DNA of 64,000 bases. Origin: Methanothrix sp. (GTDB lineage Archaea > Halobacteriota > Methanosarcinia > Methanotrichales > Methanotrichaceae). The number at the start of each line of letters is the position of its first letter. Position 1 is the stretch's first letter. Below, piece after piece: positions 20,402 through 30,600 of this stretch. The notes below the pieces were generated by a model. That model saw only the letters and a list, made by a program, of their open reading frames with translations. It was not told where the DNA came from and made no database searches. A program made the translations under genes and the position numbers. Where the stretch lies: positions 928,001 to 992,000 of the forward strand of contig OY821645.1 of the NCBI GenBank assembly GCA_963682135.1, given 5' to 3'.

Positions 20402-21042
20402 CTTCTCGCCTCCCAGGCCTCTTTGTAAATAGGCATGACAAGCACTCCGGCCGATACAACCAAAAGCATCAGGCTCAGAAGCTCGACAGGCTGCGAATGA
20501 ACCGGATAAATTGTGCCGATATAGGCTGATAACAATACTGATGTGCATAAGGCAATGACTGTCATGCCGATCATCTTCTTCGTGGTTTTAGAGATGGAAT
20601 AAAAGCTATACAATTCCGTTAGCTTTAAATCTCTGTGATCTTGGGGGAGCTTGTCAAGAAATAGAATTATCGTCGCTGCAATACCTGCCACAAGAAGGCC
20701 GAAAATAGCAAATCCCAATGTACCGGAGGCCAATTCGGCTATATCCATGTAACTGATGGGAAGGACGGTTGGGACCAGCAGGTAAAGATAAGCAACGGCT
20801 ACCGTGAGCATAATCCACGCTGCCAGTGCCAGGGCTGTGAAGTTTGATCCCTGCGGGACAGTCATCTCTTTATAAAAGATGGCCTTGGAGACCTGCTTTT
20901 TATGCTGCAGGATGGCCACAAGCTTGTGGACCCGTTTTAGGTTATTAATGTGCAAAATTGCTGCAAGGATCAGCAATAATGCCAGCAGCAACGTGCCTGC
21001 GGGAAATAGGCTATTCATTACAGTTGGGATATCAATTGCCAT
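20398..21042 (-). CDS. Integral membrane protein (4-5 TM), unknown function
   Basis: Several long hydrophobic segments; coupled to both neighbours. Confidence 0.8.
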   Translation of the reverse strand: MAIDIPTVMNSLFPAGTLLLALLLILAAILHINNLKRVHKLVAILQHKKQVSKAIFYKEMTVPQGSNFTALALAAWIMLTVAVAYLYLLVPTVLPISYMDIAELASGTLGFAIFGLLVAGIAATIILFLDKLPQDHRDLKLTELYSFYSISKTTKKMIGMTVIALCTSVLLSAYIGTIYPVHSQPVELLSLMLLVVSAGVLVMPIYKEAWEARR

Positions 21043-21044
21043 TC

Positions 21045-22586
21045 CTAGCCCCTCCTCAGCATCTTGAGAACTTTGCCGGCAAAACTTCCGTCTGATTTGT
21101 CCCTGCTTTCTTGTTTATTGCTCTTCTTGTTCCCTGCTTTACCTGATGCACTTTCATGAGACTCAATTCCTTTCTTGAGCTTTCTTTCCACGAAAAAGCT
21201 TCCTAATATTATCAGGAAGAGCATTGGCACCAAATTCATGACCATTACTGGATTGTAGATGCTGTAGGGCACTATCTTGGCATTTATCAGCGTCCCTGTT
21301 TCCTCCATGGCATCCTTGCCGCTCTGATCATATTCCGAGTACTTAACTCTGTAATAAAAATTCTGCCCGGCATCTGTAACCCGGAAGGGTTTGGTGTCAT
21401 TGAAGTTCACCTCGACGGGTTCAGGTCCTATTCTGACCGTCTTCGTCTCCACTATATTCCATTCATTGTTACCCGTCCTGGTGCTCAGAGTAAATGCTAC
21501 GTCGTACTTTTCAGGGTTCAGATTCTTTGCTCTCAGATTGAATCCGTACTTCTCCCACCAGTAGTAATTCTCGCTGGTAGAGATGAAGCCCAGCTTATCC
21601 ACAGAGAGCTTTGCACCTTTTCGGATATTGGGTCCTCTTAATGGATCTGCAGGATCTTTGCGGACAAAATCAATCCCATCATCATAGCTGTAGTAGTAGG
21701 TAAAGTTCTTGCCTGCATCAGCCTCTTTGAAGAATCCATATTCATTTGCCTTGAAGCTCACAGGGCCTGGCTTGATGTTCAGTGTTTCATTTTGCAGCTC
21801 AATGCCGTTCTCATCAAGGATGTGCAGTGTCACATTGAGCAAATCTCCATCGGCATCGGCAATATCTGCCTTGTACTCGATAGGATCATTATACCTCACA
21901 AGGCCTGGTGGGGTAACATTGAAATTGCTCATGACCGGCAGGCTATTGGTAACATTGAAGACCAGCTGCGAATAGTAGGGTGGCTTCAGCCCGGAGTAGT
22001 CCGACGTGCTCCATTTATTGACACCGTCGCTCATATTCACCCGCACTTTGACTTCACCCACATTCTTTAGGTAGGCAAAAGAGGGCAGCATGCCCCAGAT
22101 TCTGTAGGTGGTGTTGGTCTTCTCATCGTACTCGTTGGTCTGAATCTTCTCCGGCCAGGAGTTGATGCGTTCGTACTTATCCGACCCTGGCTCCTTTACC
22201 TCCAGATAAAGATCGAGCATACGGCGCATCTCCAGAGGATTATTATTGGTGGCAACCGTTATGATCTCCAGAGGCTGGTTTCGGCTGACCGTGGTATTGT
22301 TTCCTTTGTAGTACATGAGCACAGTGGGCATCACGTATTCTTCGCTAGTTATTGGGTCCTTCCACAGTATGGTCCGCAACTCTTCGTACTTAGCCGGTTT
22401 ATTCTTCTTTGCGTCATCCACGGCTTTGATCAATCTATCGACATCAACCGACTTACTGCCGCCTCCGCCCCCACCACCACCGCTGCCGCCTGACGATCCG
22501 GCCGATTGTGTGGCCGGGCCCACAACGTTTTGCACCGACAGCAGCAAGGCAAATACGATCAGCATGGATACGAGTTTACCATTCAT
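21045..22586 (-). CDS. Secreted, C-terminally membrane-anchored Ig-like repeat protein
   Basis: Signal peptide, Gly/Ser linker, beta-rich domains, TM (LVPMLFLIILGSFFV), basic cytoplasmic tail. Confidence 0.82.
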   Translation of the reverse strand: MNGKLVSMLIVFALLLSVQNVVGPATQSAGSSGGSGGGGGGGGSKSVDVDRLIKAVDDAKKNKPAKYEELRTILWKDPITSEEYVMPTVLMYYKGNNTTVSRNQPLEIITVATNNNPLEMRRMLDLYLEVKEPGSDKYERINSWPEKIQTNEYDEKTNTTYRIWGMLPSFAYLKNVGEVKVRVNMSDGVNKWSTSDYSGLKPPYYSQLVFNVTNSLPVMSNFNVTPPGLVRYNDPIEYKADIADADGDLLNVTLHILDENGIELQNETLNIKPGPVSFKANEYGFFKEADAGKNFTYYYSYDDGIDFVRKDPADPLRGPNIRKGAKLSVDKLGFISTSENYYWWEKYGFNLRAKNLNPEKYDVAFTLSTRTGNNEWNIVETKTVRIGPEPVEVNFNDTKPFRVTDAGQNFYYRVKYSEYDQSGKDAMEETGTLINAKIVPYSIYNPVMVMNLVPMLFLIILGSFFVERKLKKGIESHESASGKAGNKKSNKQESRDKSDGSFAGKVLKMLRRG

Positions 22587-25500
22587 TGGACCGACTCCCT
22601 GGTCTTTCTCTTAATGTCGAAATCATAGTACGGCGACGTTTGGGCCTCCGGAATCTGCCACTTGAAGGTCTGATCTCCCTGGCCGAAGCGGTAATCCTGG
22701 CACTGGCCTTTGGTCGTCCAGGTCTTGATCAGTTCAGGAATTGCATTGTCTCCGCCTATCATGCATACTGTCAGGTTCTCTGAGGAATTGACCGTTGCCC
22801 AGAAGTCATGCACTTTGCCGTTCAAGCGGTCCCCTGCATCGGATACCACAGCAATGATCTCCGGTCCCTCAAATGTCTGCGTCTCGGCCCCATCGATCAA
22901 GAACCTGTACTCAGCCCGGCCCAGGAATTGCGTCTCCCAGAAGGGCTTGAGAGTCCAGCTAACGCTCCTTGTGGCCGGATTGAATCGCTTCTTGCCCCCC
23001 ACGATCATCCATGGCTGGTCGGTTCCGTTCGGCCTTACCGACAGTTCAATCCAGGGAACCTGTTGCATACTCCAGTTCTGAAGCTTCAGAGTATAGGTCA
23101 ATGCATGAAGCGGGTCTTTCTCATCCCATGCCTGGATGACGCCAATCGCCGGCGTTACATTGCCGATTACCGTCACAGTGCTGTCGTCAAAGACCCCAGC
23201 GTTCTTGCCATCCGGTCCGGGTTCCGGAGAGATCGGGCTTATGGGGGCTTTCTTAAGGACCCTCATATAATGATCGGCAAACCGGTAGTCGCCCAAACCG
23301 GTGTGATTGAACGCCAGGGATATAGTGAAGCTGTTTCCTACGTCTTTATCATCAAATGGTATATCCGCTTCATAAAGATATTTGTCAATCCCGATAGCCT
23401 TGTCGGTCAAGTCCTCCCGGAAATTCTTGGATGGGCCGGTCAGGTTCAACTTGAGTATGCCTCCGCTCTCCGAGTAGTTGATGGTGGCATGGATGCTCTG
23501 ATCTGCTTTTCCTCCCGCCGGCACATACAGCGTTGTATCATACTCCAGGATGAGCTTGGGCTCCCATATGGGCTCTGGCTCTGTTCCTTCCAGTGCTACC
23601 TGCATTATGTGGTCGTCAAACAGAGAATAGCTCTTGCCTTCCATTTGGAAATCCAGGGAGAACATGTAATTATTGCCCACGTTCGAAGCATCAAACTGCT
23701 CTGTATAATCATATCTGTACCGATTTGCACCGAGATCAGTGACAGCCATGTCTACCTCTCTGTTTTTGTCCACTCCGGTCAAATCCAGGGTCATGGTTCC
23801 CTTGCCTTTCGGAGAGAAGACCTCAGCACTGAACGTCTGACTGGCTCCCTTCTCAGAAGAGACGAACAGAACTGGCAGGTATTTTACGTCCCCGATGGCC
23901 TCAGGCTCAATTTCGGAACTGGCTTCTTTCAAGACGACAGTCATTGTTCCTGATGATGTGACTATGCCACCAGCGATCTTTGCGTGGGCGTTTCTGATGC
24001 TGATGGTGTAGTTGCCGACATCCCCAATGCCAAATTCCTTCGTCCAGGTGTACAAATACTGAGTTGCACCCAGATAAACGCTATTCATCTCCTCGGTAAC
24101 AGGAACCTTATTTGGGCCGACCATGGTAAGCTGCACCGCGTCCGGTCCCTCTGGGAAGTCTACCACGGCCTTGACCGACTGGTAAGCGGGGGAGTCTTTT
24201 GTTACCTGCAATACGGGTTTGTCGATGTCAAATGATAGCAGCTTAGGCTGGCCTCCGTTGATGGTCGGGCCAAAATAGACATCGGATTCAGATGTCTTGC
24301 CGGCAAAGCTGGCGGCAAAGCGGAAGCTGGCTTCCTTCCCCTCCGAATCGACGCACTTGCTTCTAAGCGGCTGCGCGGTCATATTGAGCACACTCTCGCC
24401 TTCTATGATCTTTTTAAGACCCCTCTGCACCCAGGTATGAGTGCAGGGATTATAAACCTCCAGCTTGACAGATGCATCTATGCTGGAGCTTACTGGCACA
24501 GAATAGACAAATGTATCATTCCACTTGCCCTTTCCGGGAGATACGGTGGCCTTCCCAAAGTCAATTGATAGCGACCTAACCACAATCGCCTTTTCTGCTA
24601 GCTGCATGTCAGCAGAGAGGCTGGAGTGCCTGTAGCTGATGGTAAAATTAAAGGTCTTGCCGACATCTTCCTCATCAAACGGCAGGCTCCATTCATACCG
24701 ATATCTATTGCCTCCTAGAGATATTCCTGTGCTGGCCTCATCTATGCTCATTTCCGCTAGCCGAAGAGTTGCCTGACCCTGGCCTGCTGCATATTCCACC
24801 ACAGCTGCAACGCTGGCAGAAGACTCGCTGCCTTCGGAGATATAGACCACAGGGTCGCTGTCAAGTGAGATTAGGACAGGACTGCCTCCTCTAAAGGCCG
24901 GACCCTGGTAGGGCTTTGAGAAGTAATCCTTTCCAGCAAAACTGGCTTTGAACCGATATTTGGCTCCCGTCAGTTGCATCTCCTCGCATTCATAATCAAA
25001 GGGAGAAAGCGTCCAGTTTAGCACTGATGATTGCGCTGTCGCCTTCCTGATGCCCTTATCAGTCCATTCGCTACTGCAGGAGTCGTAGGTCTGAAGATCC
25101 ACGTCTAGAGGCACAATAGTGGTATCGAGCTTGAGCGAATAAGAGTAGCTGTCATTCCAAAGGCCGCTGGTTGGGGTGACCGTCGCCTGGGAAAACTGCA
25201 CGGAAAGCGGTAAAACTCTGATTAACCTGTCCTCGAAGGCATACCTTCCGCCTTCCAGCGTTGGGTGGACAAAGGATAATGCTAGAGTGTAGTTGTTATT
25301 GATATGGCGGTCGTCGAAGGAAACCTGCCACTTGTACTGATACCTGCTACCTCCCAGGGGCACTCCCTTTTCCGTCAAATTCAGGTCCTGATCCTGGCCC
25401 GACAGATGGAGATTCATATCTCCTAAACCCTTGGAGAAGATAACTGTGGCAATTATATCCTGCGTTGTGCTCTCTCCAGTCCGCACGTAAACGGTTGGGG

Positions 25501-26716
25501 GATATTGCAGGTCCAGTTTGGGTATCTCTTCAACCACTTTAAAGCTGATATTGGACTTCTCGGCCTGATAATCCCAGTTTTCATTCCTGTAAACCACTTT
25601 GGACTGGAAGGGTGCAACTTTGCTGAGCTGTACATCGCTGCGGTTGAATAGAGCAGGTATATTATCATTAGTCCACTCATAAACCAGGCTGCTGCCCTGC
25701 ATCTTCGGCTCGGATGATTCATAAGTCATCTCGCCTTTCTGGGGGTGGCTGATTACCAAGCTGGCTACGCTGCCATCCGGGATGCCGCCCACCATCTTGG
25801 CCCCGGCGTCCTTGACGTAAGCTTGAATGGTGAAGTTGGTATAATCCAGCAGCTTAGGAATAGCAACTTTTTCCAGAGATGGATTATATGGCTGCAGAGA
25901 GATGTTGTAAGGTCCGTAGGTCAGGGGATCGACCTTGAGGTTGTTGTATACCAGCTTGAAAGTGAAATCCCCTCCCGTTTTATAACTGGATAGATCCTCT
26001 GCGACTGTGCAGGAATATGTGCTCTTTCCTGAGGACTGGCAAGAAACGTCGGCTGTGGTCCAGCTTCTGGACTCAGCAGTCCCCAGCGGACCTGTGATCT
26101 CCAGATGACATGTGGGCTTGGGGTTTAGCCCTTCCAGGTCTTTGAATCCCGCAGAGAGTGCAATCCCCTGGAAGAAATACGGCTTCTTCTCAAAACTTGG
26201 AGTGCCGGTCATTGTCGGCGGCTGGACGATAGGGCCTTTTATTCTGGCAGTCTTGCCGACTTGCTGGCCGCCTGCATAGAAGATGAACTCAAAGGAGGCA
26301 TTGCTGGTACTGTCAATGGCAAACCGGTCCTTGAAGCTGTATGGCCCGAAAGAAAAAGAGGTTTGGCTCATGCCGGTTTGGCTGGGTGATGACTCTGAAT
26401 AAATCTGCTGGCCTTGATCGTAGATATTCAGTTTCATGCTGAATTTTGTTACGGCAATCAAGCCCACCTGTCTTGCCACCTCTTCGCTCATCCATATCTG
26501 AGCGGTGTAGGTGAAATCCTCATAACCATATTCCGGAGTGACAGCCGCGTTTCTGATTTCATATCCACTCTGGGCTGCACACATTGGGACAAGGGACACA
26601 GAAATTAAGCACAAAGATAATAGTAATAATCTATAATTATATCTGAATTTTTTCACCTTCTCTGGCAATAATCTGTTGATATACATTTCTTCTTTTGACA
26701 CTTCCAAGTGGCTCAA
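22583..26716 (-). CDS. Large secreted multi-domain beta-sandwich repeat protein (1377 aa)
   Basis: Signal-like LLLLSLCLISVSLVPMCAA; recurring LGxxRYxYxW..F...DVG..F units. Confidence 0.85.
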   Translation of the reverse strand: MSHLEVSKEEMYINRLLPEKVKKFRYNYRLLLLSLCLISVSLVPMCAAQSGYEIRNAAVTPEYGYEDFTYTAQIWMSEEVARQVGLIAVTKFSMKLNIYDQGQQIYSESSPSQTGMSQTSFSFGPYSFKDRFAIDSTSNASFEFIFYAGGQQVGKTARIKGPIVQPPTMTGTPSFEKKPYFFQGIALSAGFKDLEGLNPKPTCHLEITGPLGTAESRSWTTADVSCQSSGKSTYSCTVAEDLSSYKTGGDFTFKLVYNNLKVDPLTYGPYNISLQPYNPSLEKVAIPKLLDYTNFTIQAYVKDAGAKMVGGIPDGSVASLVISHPQKGEMTYESSEPKMQGSSLVYEWTNDNIPALFNRSDVQLSKVAPFQSKVVYRNENWDYQAEKSNISFKVVEEIPKLDLQYPPTVYVRTGESTTQDIIATVIFSKGLGDMNLHLSGQDQDLNLTEKGVPLGGSRYQYKWQVSFDDRHINNNYTLALSFVHPTLEGGRYAFEDRLIRVLPLSVQFSQATVTPTSGLWNDSYSYSLKLDTTIVPLDVDLQTYDSCSSEWTDKGIRKATAQSSVLNWTLSPFDYECEEMQLTGAKYRFKASFAGKDYFSKPYQGPAFRGGSPVLISLDSDPVVYISEGSESSASVAAVVEYAAGQGQATLRLAEMSIDEASTGISLGGNRYRYEWSLPFDEEDVGKTFNFTISYRHSSLSADMQLAEKAIVVRSLSIDFGKATVSPGKGKWNDTFVYSVPVSSSIDASVKLEVYNPCTHTWVQRGLKKIIEGESVLNMTAQPLRSKCVDSEGKEASFRFAASFAGKTSESDVYFGPTINGGQPKLLSFDIDKPVLQVTKDSPAYQSVKAVVDFPEGPDAVQLTMVGPNKVPVTEEMNSVYLGATQYLYTWTKEFGIGDVGNYTISIRNAHAKIAGGIVTSSGTMTVVLKEASSEIEPEAIGDVKYLPVLFVSSEKGASQTFSAEVFSPKGKGTMTLDLTGVDKNREVDMAVTDLGANRYRYDYTEQFDASNVGNNYMFSLDFQMEGKSYSLFDDHIMQVALEGTEPEPIWEPKLILEYDTTLYVPAGGKADQSIHATINYSESGGILKLNLTGPSKNFREDLTDKAIGIDKYLYEADIPFDDKDVGNSFTISLAFNHTGLGDYRFADHYMRVLKKAPISPISPEPGPDGKNAGVFDDSTVTVIGNVTPAIGVIQAWDEKDPLHALTYTLKLQNWSMQQVPWIELSVRPNGTDQPWMIVGGKKRFNPATRSVSWTLKPFWETQFLGRAEYRFLIDGAETQTFEGPEIIAVVSDAGDRLNGKVHDFWATVNSSENLTVCMIGGDNAIPELIKTWTTKGQCQDYRFGQGDQTFKWQIPEAQTSPYYDFDIKRKTRESVQ

Positions 26717-27103
26717 CTCCTATGGATACAAGAGTTTGTTTTTTCCGGGCAAATATATATAGCCCTTTCCCTCAGTTCAGTTTATTGGAGATCTATGATC
26801 TAATGCGTTCTCAGGGCGTCTAAATCTCTCTTGCCGATGCTTTAGAAACAGCCTATGACCTCTAGAAATCTGAAACATCAATCGTATCTGAACTTATGTC
26901 AGGAGGTACGACTATTTATGTAGGGTGGCACGGTTAGATCTCATGGTCATCGCGATCTAACCATATCATCTTCTCAGAATGTCAATGATGAGCCTTGATA
27001 TTCTTATTGGAGAATTCGATGAAGACTTATCTATCGGGTTCCGATTGCATCGTGGCAAATCTTTTATATCAATGATATAGTTAGATAGAAGAAGCTTTCG
27101 AAA

Positions 27104-30100
27104 TTGGAGGGATTTTGCCTGAAAGAAGAAAAATTCAATAGAACATTATTCTATGGTCGAAATGCAGCTTTTTTGCTATATGCTTTCATCGTCATATTCG
27201 GATTATTTATAACTATGTCAGATAGTACAGCTCAACTGGAAAAGGATTGGGTTTGGTCTGTAACAGCAGGAGACATTGAAGGTTATGACAAAAATTATCA
27301 ATCATATTCTTATCCCTACATGATAAATGATAGCGTAAACATATCCTGGACAATCATACCTTCTCCCAGTTCCAAAATTATCGATACAACGTTACAGGTA
27401 TACCCCAAGGATGGCGACAAATCGAAATACAAATCCTATCCAATAACTATTCCTCCGAATAAAAGTTATATGTATGTACCGTTGCTTGATAAATCTATTC
27501 TTAGCGGTATTTTAGCAAAAGATGAAAATATATATAATGTAGAGGTAAACGCCACCGCAATAGATCATTCCATTGAGAACGCAACAGATCCCAATGAATG
27601 GCACACACATAAAATAGAGATAACAGTAACAAAGGCAGGAATGCTCTTGGTTCATAAGAGTGTACCAGGATGGGATAATGCAGACCTGTCAGATTGGCGA
27701 TTCCAAATTAAAGGACCGCTCAACCAAAATCTAACTGAAAACATCCTTACAAGGACTGCAGAAAAGATTACTGATCGCACCGGGATAGTTGCCTTTACAG
27801 GACTGCGACCGGGAATGTACCGTGTTGAGGAGGCTGCAAGAGACGGCTGGAAGCAAATTCCGCCCAGGAGTGTGGAAGTAAAACCGGGGCTCATCAAGCC
27901 GGTCGGCCCGAATGAGCCAGAAGAATTCATCAATATTCCCAATACATTGACTATCGTTAAGAAGGATACCAAAGGCATTCCATTATCCGGATGGACGTTC
28001 AGGGTACAGGGATCAAAAAAGACGATAATCACAAATCCAACCGACAGCTCAGGGATCACAGTGGTCAAGGGATTGCCTTCAGGAGAGTACAATATTGAGG
28101 AATATCCCTCAAAGGAAGGGTGGAGGCAGATAAAAGTAGAGCCGGACAATCCGCTGACAATCGGATCGGGTGAGAGCAAGTCGGTCGAAATAACCAATGC
28201 CAACGTGGGATCGATAAGGATCACAAAGAAGGACTCGGAAGGGAATCCTCTTGCCGGGTGGCCTTTTGCTGTGAACGGACCGGACAGGGCCAATGTGGCT
28301 ACGGATGCATCCGGAGTGGCTGTGGCCGGCAATCTGCTCCCTGGTGAGTACACCATCACAGAGACTCTGCAATCTGGATGGATCAATATAACGGATATTG
28401 AAAGAAAAGTGACATTACAGCCCGGTGAGAATAAGCAACTAGAGCCATTTATCAATGCGAAGATAGTTCCCCTGACCATTGTTAAATTTGACGATGCTAA
28501 TAGAAACGGACAACTGGACAGGGATGCAAGCGGATCGCCCATTGAGGACGGCCTATCCGGCTGGACATTTGTGGTAGAGGGGCCAAAGGGATTCAGCACC
28601 AGAGTTGGACCGACTGATGCCGATGGAATCGCAGCCATAGATCTCACGCCGGGAGAGTACAGGGTCACAGAGGAGATTTCCTCGTCCAGCAAGCCCGGAT
28701 GGATTTGCACTACAGGAAATCCGCAGACCATCAAGGTATCCCGCAGTGCTGCCAATAGGGTTGAATTCGGCAACAAGGTAAACAGGCTCACTGTGATTTC
28801 CTTCAATGACAGCAGCATGAATGAAAAGAAAGAAGACACTGAAAACGGTTTGGTGGGATGGACCTTCGTCCTGAGAGGACCCGCAGAAGCTGGCAACCCT
28901 GCAAGAGTAACCGTTGGGCCAACCGGACCTGATGGCAAAGCAGCAGTAGATGGATTGATGCCAGGATCATACGTAGTCACTGAAAATCTACTGGGCGGCT
29001 GGATAAATACTACTCCGATCTCAATGTCTGTCCAGATTTCCGCGGGAGAGGGCAGACAGGTGGAATTTGGCAATATCAAGCCGAGCAGGATCGAGATCTT
29101 AAAGTTAAATGATACCAATAAGAATGGTAATCGTGACGATGGAGAGAATGGCGTCCCCGGATGGACTTTCGATGTTGCCGGGCCTGATGGATTCGCCGTT
29201 ACCACAGATCCAACCAACGGAGATGGAATTACTGTCCTCCAGGGACTTCTCCCGGGAACGTATACCATAGCTGAGCCTCAGGTTGACCGCTGGCTGAATA
29301 TCACACCCCGCATAAAGAGGGTAGCGATCGGATTTGGAGATAACCAAAGGGTCACCTTTGCAAATTACTATTGCCAGAGATGCCACAGGATCAATGATAA
29401 GCCTAAGCCGAACACCAGCATTGACTTGAATCTGGAAGTGACCAAAGATGTCAGCAGCATCTCCGTGGAGAACATAGACAAAAACGGAATTGCTGTGAAC
29501 TACAACATCAAGCTCTGTCCATCAAGTGGCCTTGAGGTGATTCCGGCCAATCCGACGGATATCGTAATCGCAGTAGACAACTCAAGAAGCCTGAGCAATC
29601 TCAGTGAGTTGGCAACATTGGGTGTGTCAAATCTGGTAGATGGAATAACCCGGAACGATAAACAGAAGATTACCAGATTGGGGCTTGTCTCATGGAGCGA
29701 TAAGGACTTCAGCAAGACCGTGGTGCCTCTGACAAACGATTACAGCAAAGTGACATCGTCTGCCAATGGCATTATCTTCCCTGAGGGCAATTACACCGAC
29801 TTCCAGGCAGGAATCGATTCTGCTCTCCGGCCATTCCAGGAGGCAAAATCAGATTCAAGCCGGACAAAGAAGATCGTGTTCATCACCGATGCCAACGATA
29901 GCGGATACATAGCACCTTCCACTATGCCGGAACGTGATTATGCAATTTATGCAATCGTTGTAGGAAACTACGAGGGCAAAGAGCCATCTGAGATGCTCGA
30001 TAAGCTCACAAGGGACCATCAGGGATACATAAGATCCATAAACAACATATCTGAGCTGCAGAATGCACTCGTCCAGATGGCGACAGCCAGACCGAACATC

Positions 30101-30532
30101 CGGAATGTGCATCTGGTCGAGACCCTGCCCAACTATCTGATCCTGAATAACAGCACTGTAGCAGACGATTCAGGCAGGATAAGGCTCAACGAAGACAGCA
30201 GAGAATGGCCTACTACTACCATCTCCTGGAATGTGGGCGATCTCTCTGAATGCTGGAGCACGACATTCGAAGCCTTCTTCTGCTGGAAGCTGCCTGCGGA
30301 TATGAATCAGCAAGCTGTGACATCGTTCGTCAATTACACGGATGATAAGGGAGTTGAGAGGACAATTCCGCTGCCGGAGTATGAGATCAATATTGTGAAG
30401 GCTTCGGGACAGAAGTCCCAGCCGGAGCCGATCACAACGGAAGAAAAGAAGCAGCAGCCGGGATTCGAGGCATTGTTCGCGGCGATAGGCCTGTGCATTG
30501 CAGGTTACCTCAATCGCCGGAGGGATTCCTGA
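27104..30532 (+). CDS. Surface adhesin: six Cna-B/SdrD-B-like repeats, vWA domain, PGF-CTERM sorting signal
   Basis: Six LxGWxFxxxGP repeats; DxNxNG loops; MIDAS DIVIAVDNSRS; C-terminal PGFEALFAAIGLCIAGYLNRRR. Confidence 0.9.
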   Translation: MEGFCLKEEKFNRTLFYGRNAAFLLYAFIVIFGLFITMSDSTAQLEKDWVWSVTAGDIEGYDKNYQSYSYPYMINDSVNISWTIIPSPSSKIIDTTLQVYPKDGDKSKYKSYPITIPPNKSYMYVPLLDKSILSGILAKDENIYNVEVNATAIDHSIENATDPNEWHTHKIEITVTKAGMLLVHKSVPGWDNADLSDWRFQIKGPLNQNLTENILTRTAEKITDRTGIVAFTGLRPGMYRVEEAARDGWKQIPPRSVEVKPGLIKPVGPNEPEEFINIPNTLTIVKKDTKGIPLSGWTFRVQGSKKTIITNPTDSSGITVVKGLPSGEYNIEEYPSKEGWRQIKVEPDNPLTIGSGESKSVEITNANVGSIRITKKDSEGNPLAGWPFAVNGPDRANVATDASGVAVAGNLLPGEYTITETLQSGWINITDIERKVTLQPGENKQLEPFINAKIVPLTIVKFDDANRNGQLDRDASGSPIEDGLSGWTFVVEGPKGFSTRVGPTDADGIAAIDLTPGEYRVTEEISSSSKPGWICTTGNPQTIKVSRSAANRVEFGNKVNRLTVISFNDSSMNEKKEDTENGLVGWTFVLRGPAEAGNPARVTVGPTGPDGKAAVDGLMPGSYVVTENLLGGWINTTPISMSVQISAGEGRQVEFGNIKPSRIEILKLNDTNKNGNRDDGENGVPGWTFDVAGPDGFAVTTDPTNGDGITVLQGLLPGTYTIAEPQVDRWLNITPRIKRVAIGFGDNQRVTFANYYCQRCHRINDKPKPNTSIDLNLEVTKDVSSISVENIDKNGIAVNYNIKLCPSSGLEVIPANPTDIVIAVDNSRSLSNLSELATLGVSNLVDGITRNDKQKITRLGLVSWSDKDFSKTVVPLTNDYSKVTSSANGIIFPEGNYTDFQAGIDSALRPFQEAKSDSSRTKKIVFITDANDSGYIAPSTMPERDYAIYAIVVGNYEGKEPSEMLDKLTRDHQGYIRSINNISELQNALVQMATARPNIRNVHLVETLPNYLILNNSTVADDSGRIRLNEDSREWPTTTISWNVGDLSECWSTTFEAFFCWKLPADMNQQAVTSFVNYTDDKGVERTIPLPEYEINIVKASGQKSQPEPITTEEKKQQPGFEALFAAIGLCIAGYLNRRRDS

Positions 30533-30600
30533 GATTGATGGGACAGGGGTCCCATTATGCCTTTTTTAAAAAGCAAATAAAAAAATATAAATTATATTTT

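Noticed and set aside
20402-20548. N-terminal 49 aa of the 607-aa ORF-track protein
   Set aside because: Overlaps the upstream membrane gene; the tubulin fold begins at ATG 20401.
22808-23953. 381-aa plus-strand ORF
   Set aside because: Antisense shadow of the 1377-aa gene.
27652-29268. 538-aa ORF antisense to the adhesin
   Set aside because: Shadow frame of a repetitive gene; no recognisable motifs.
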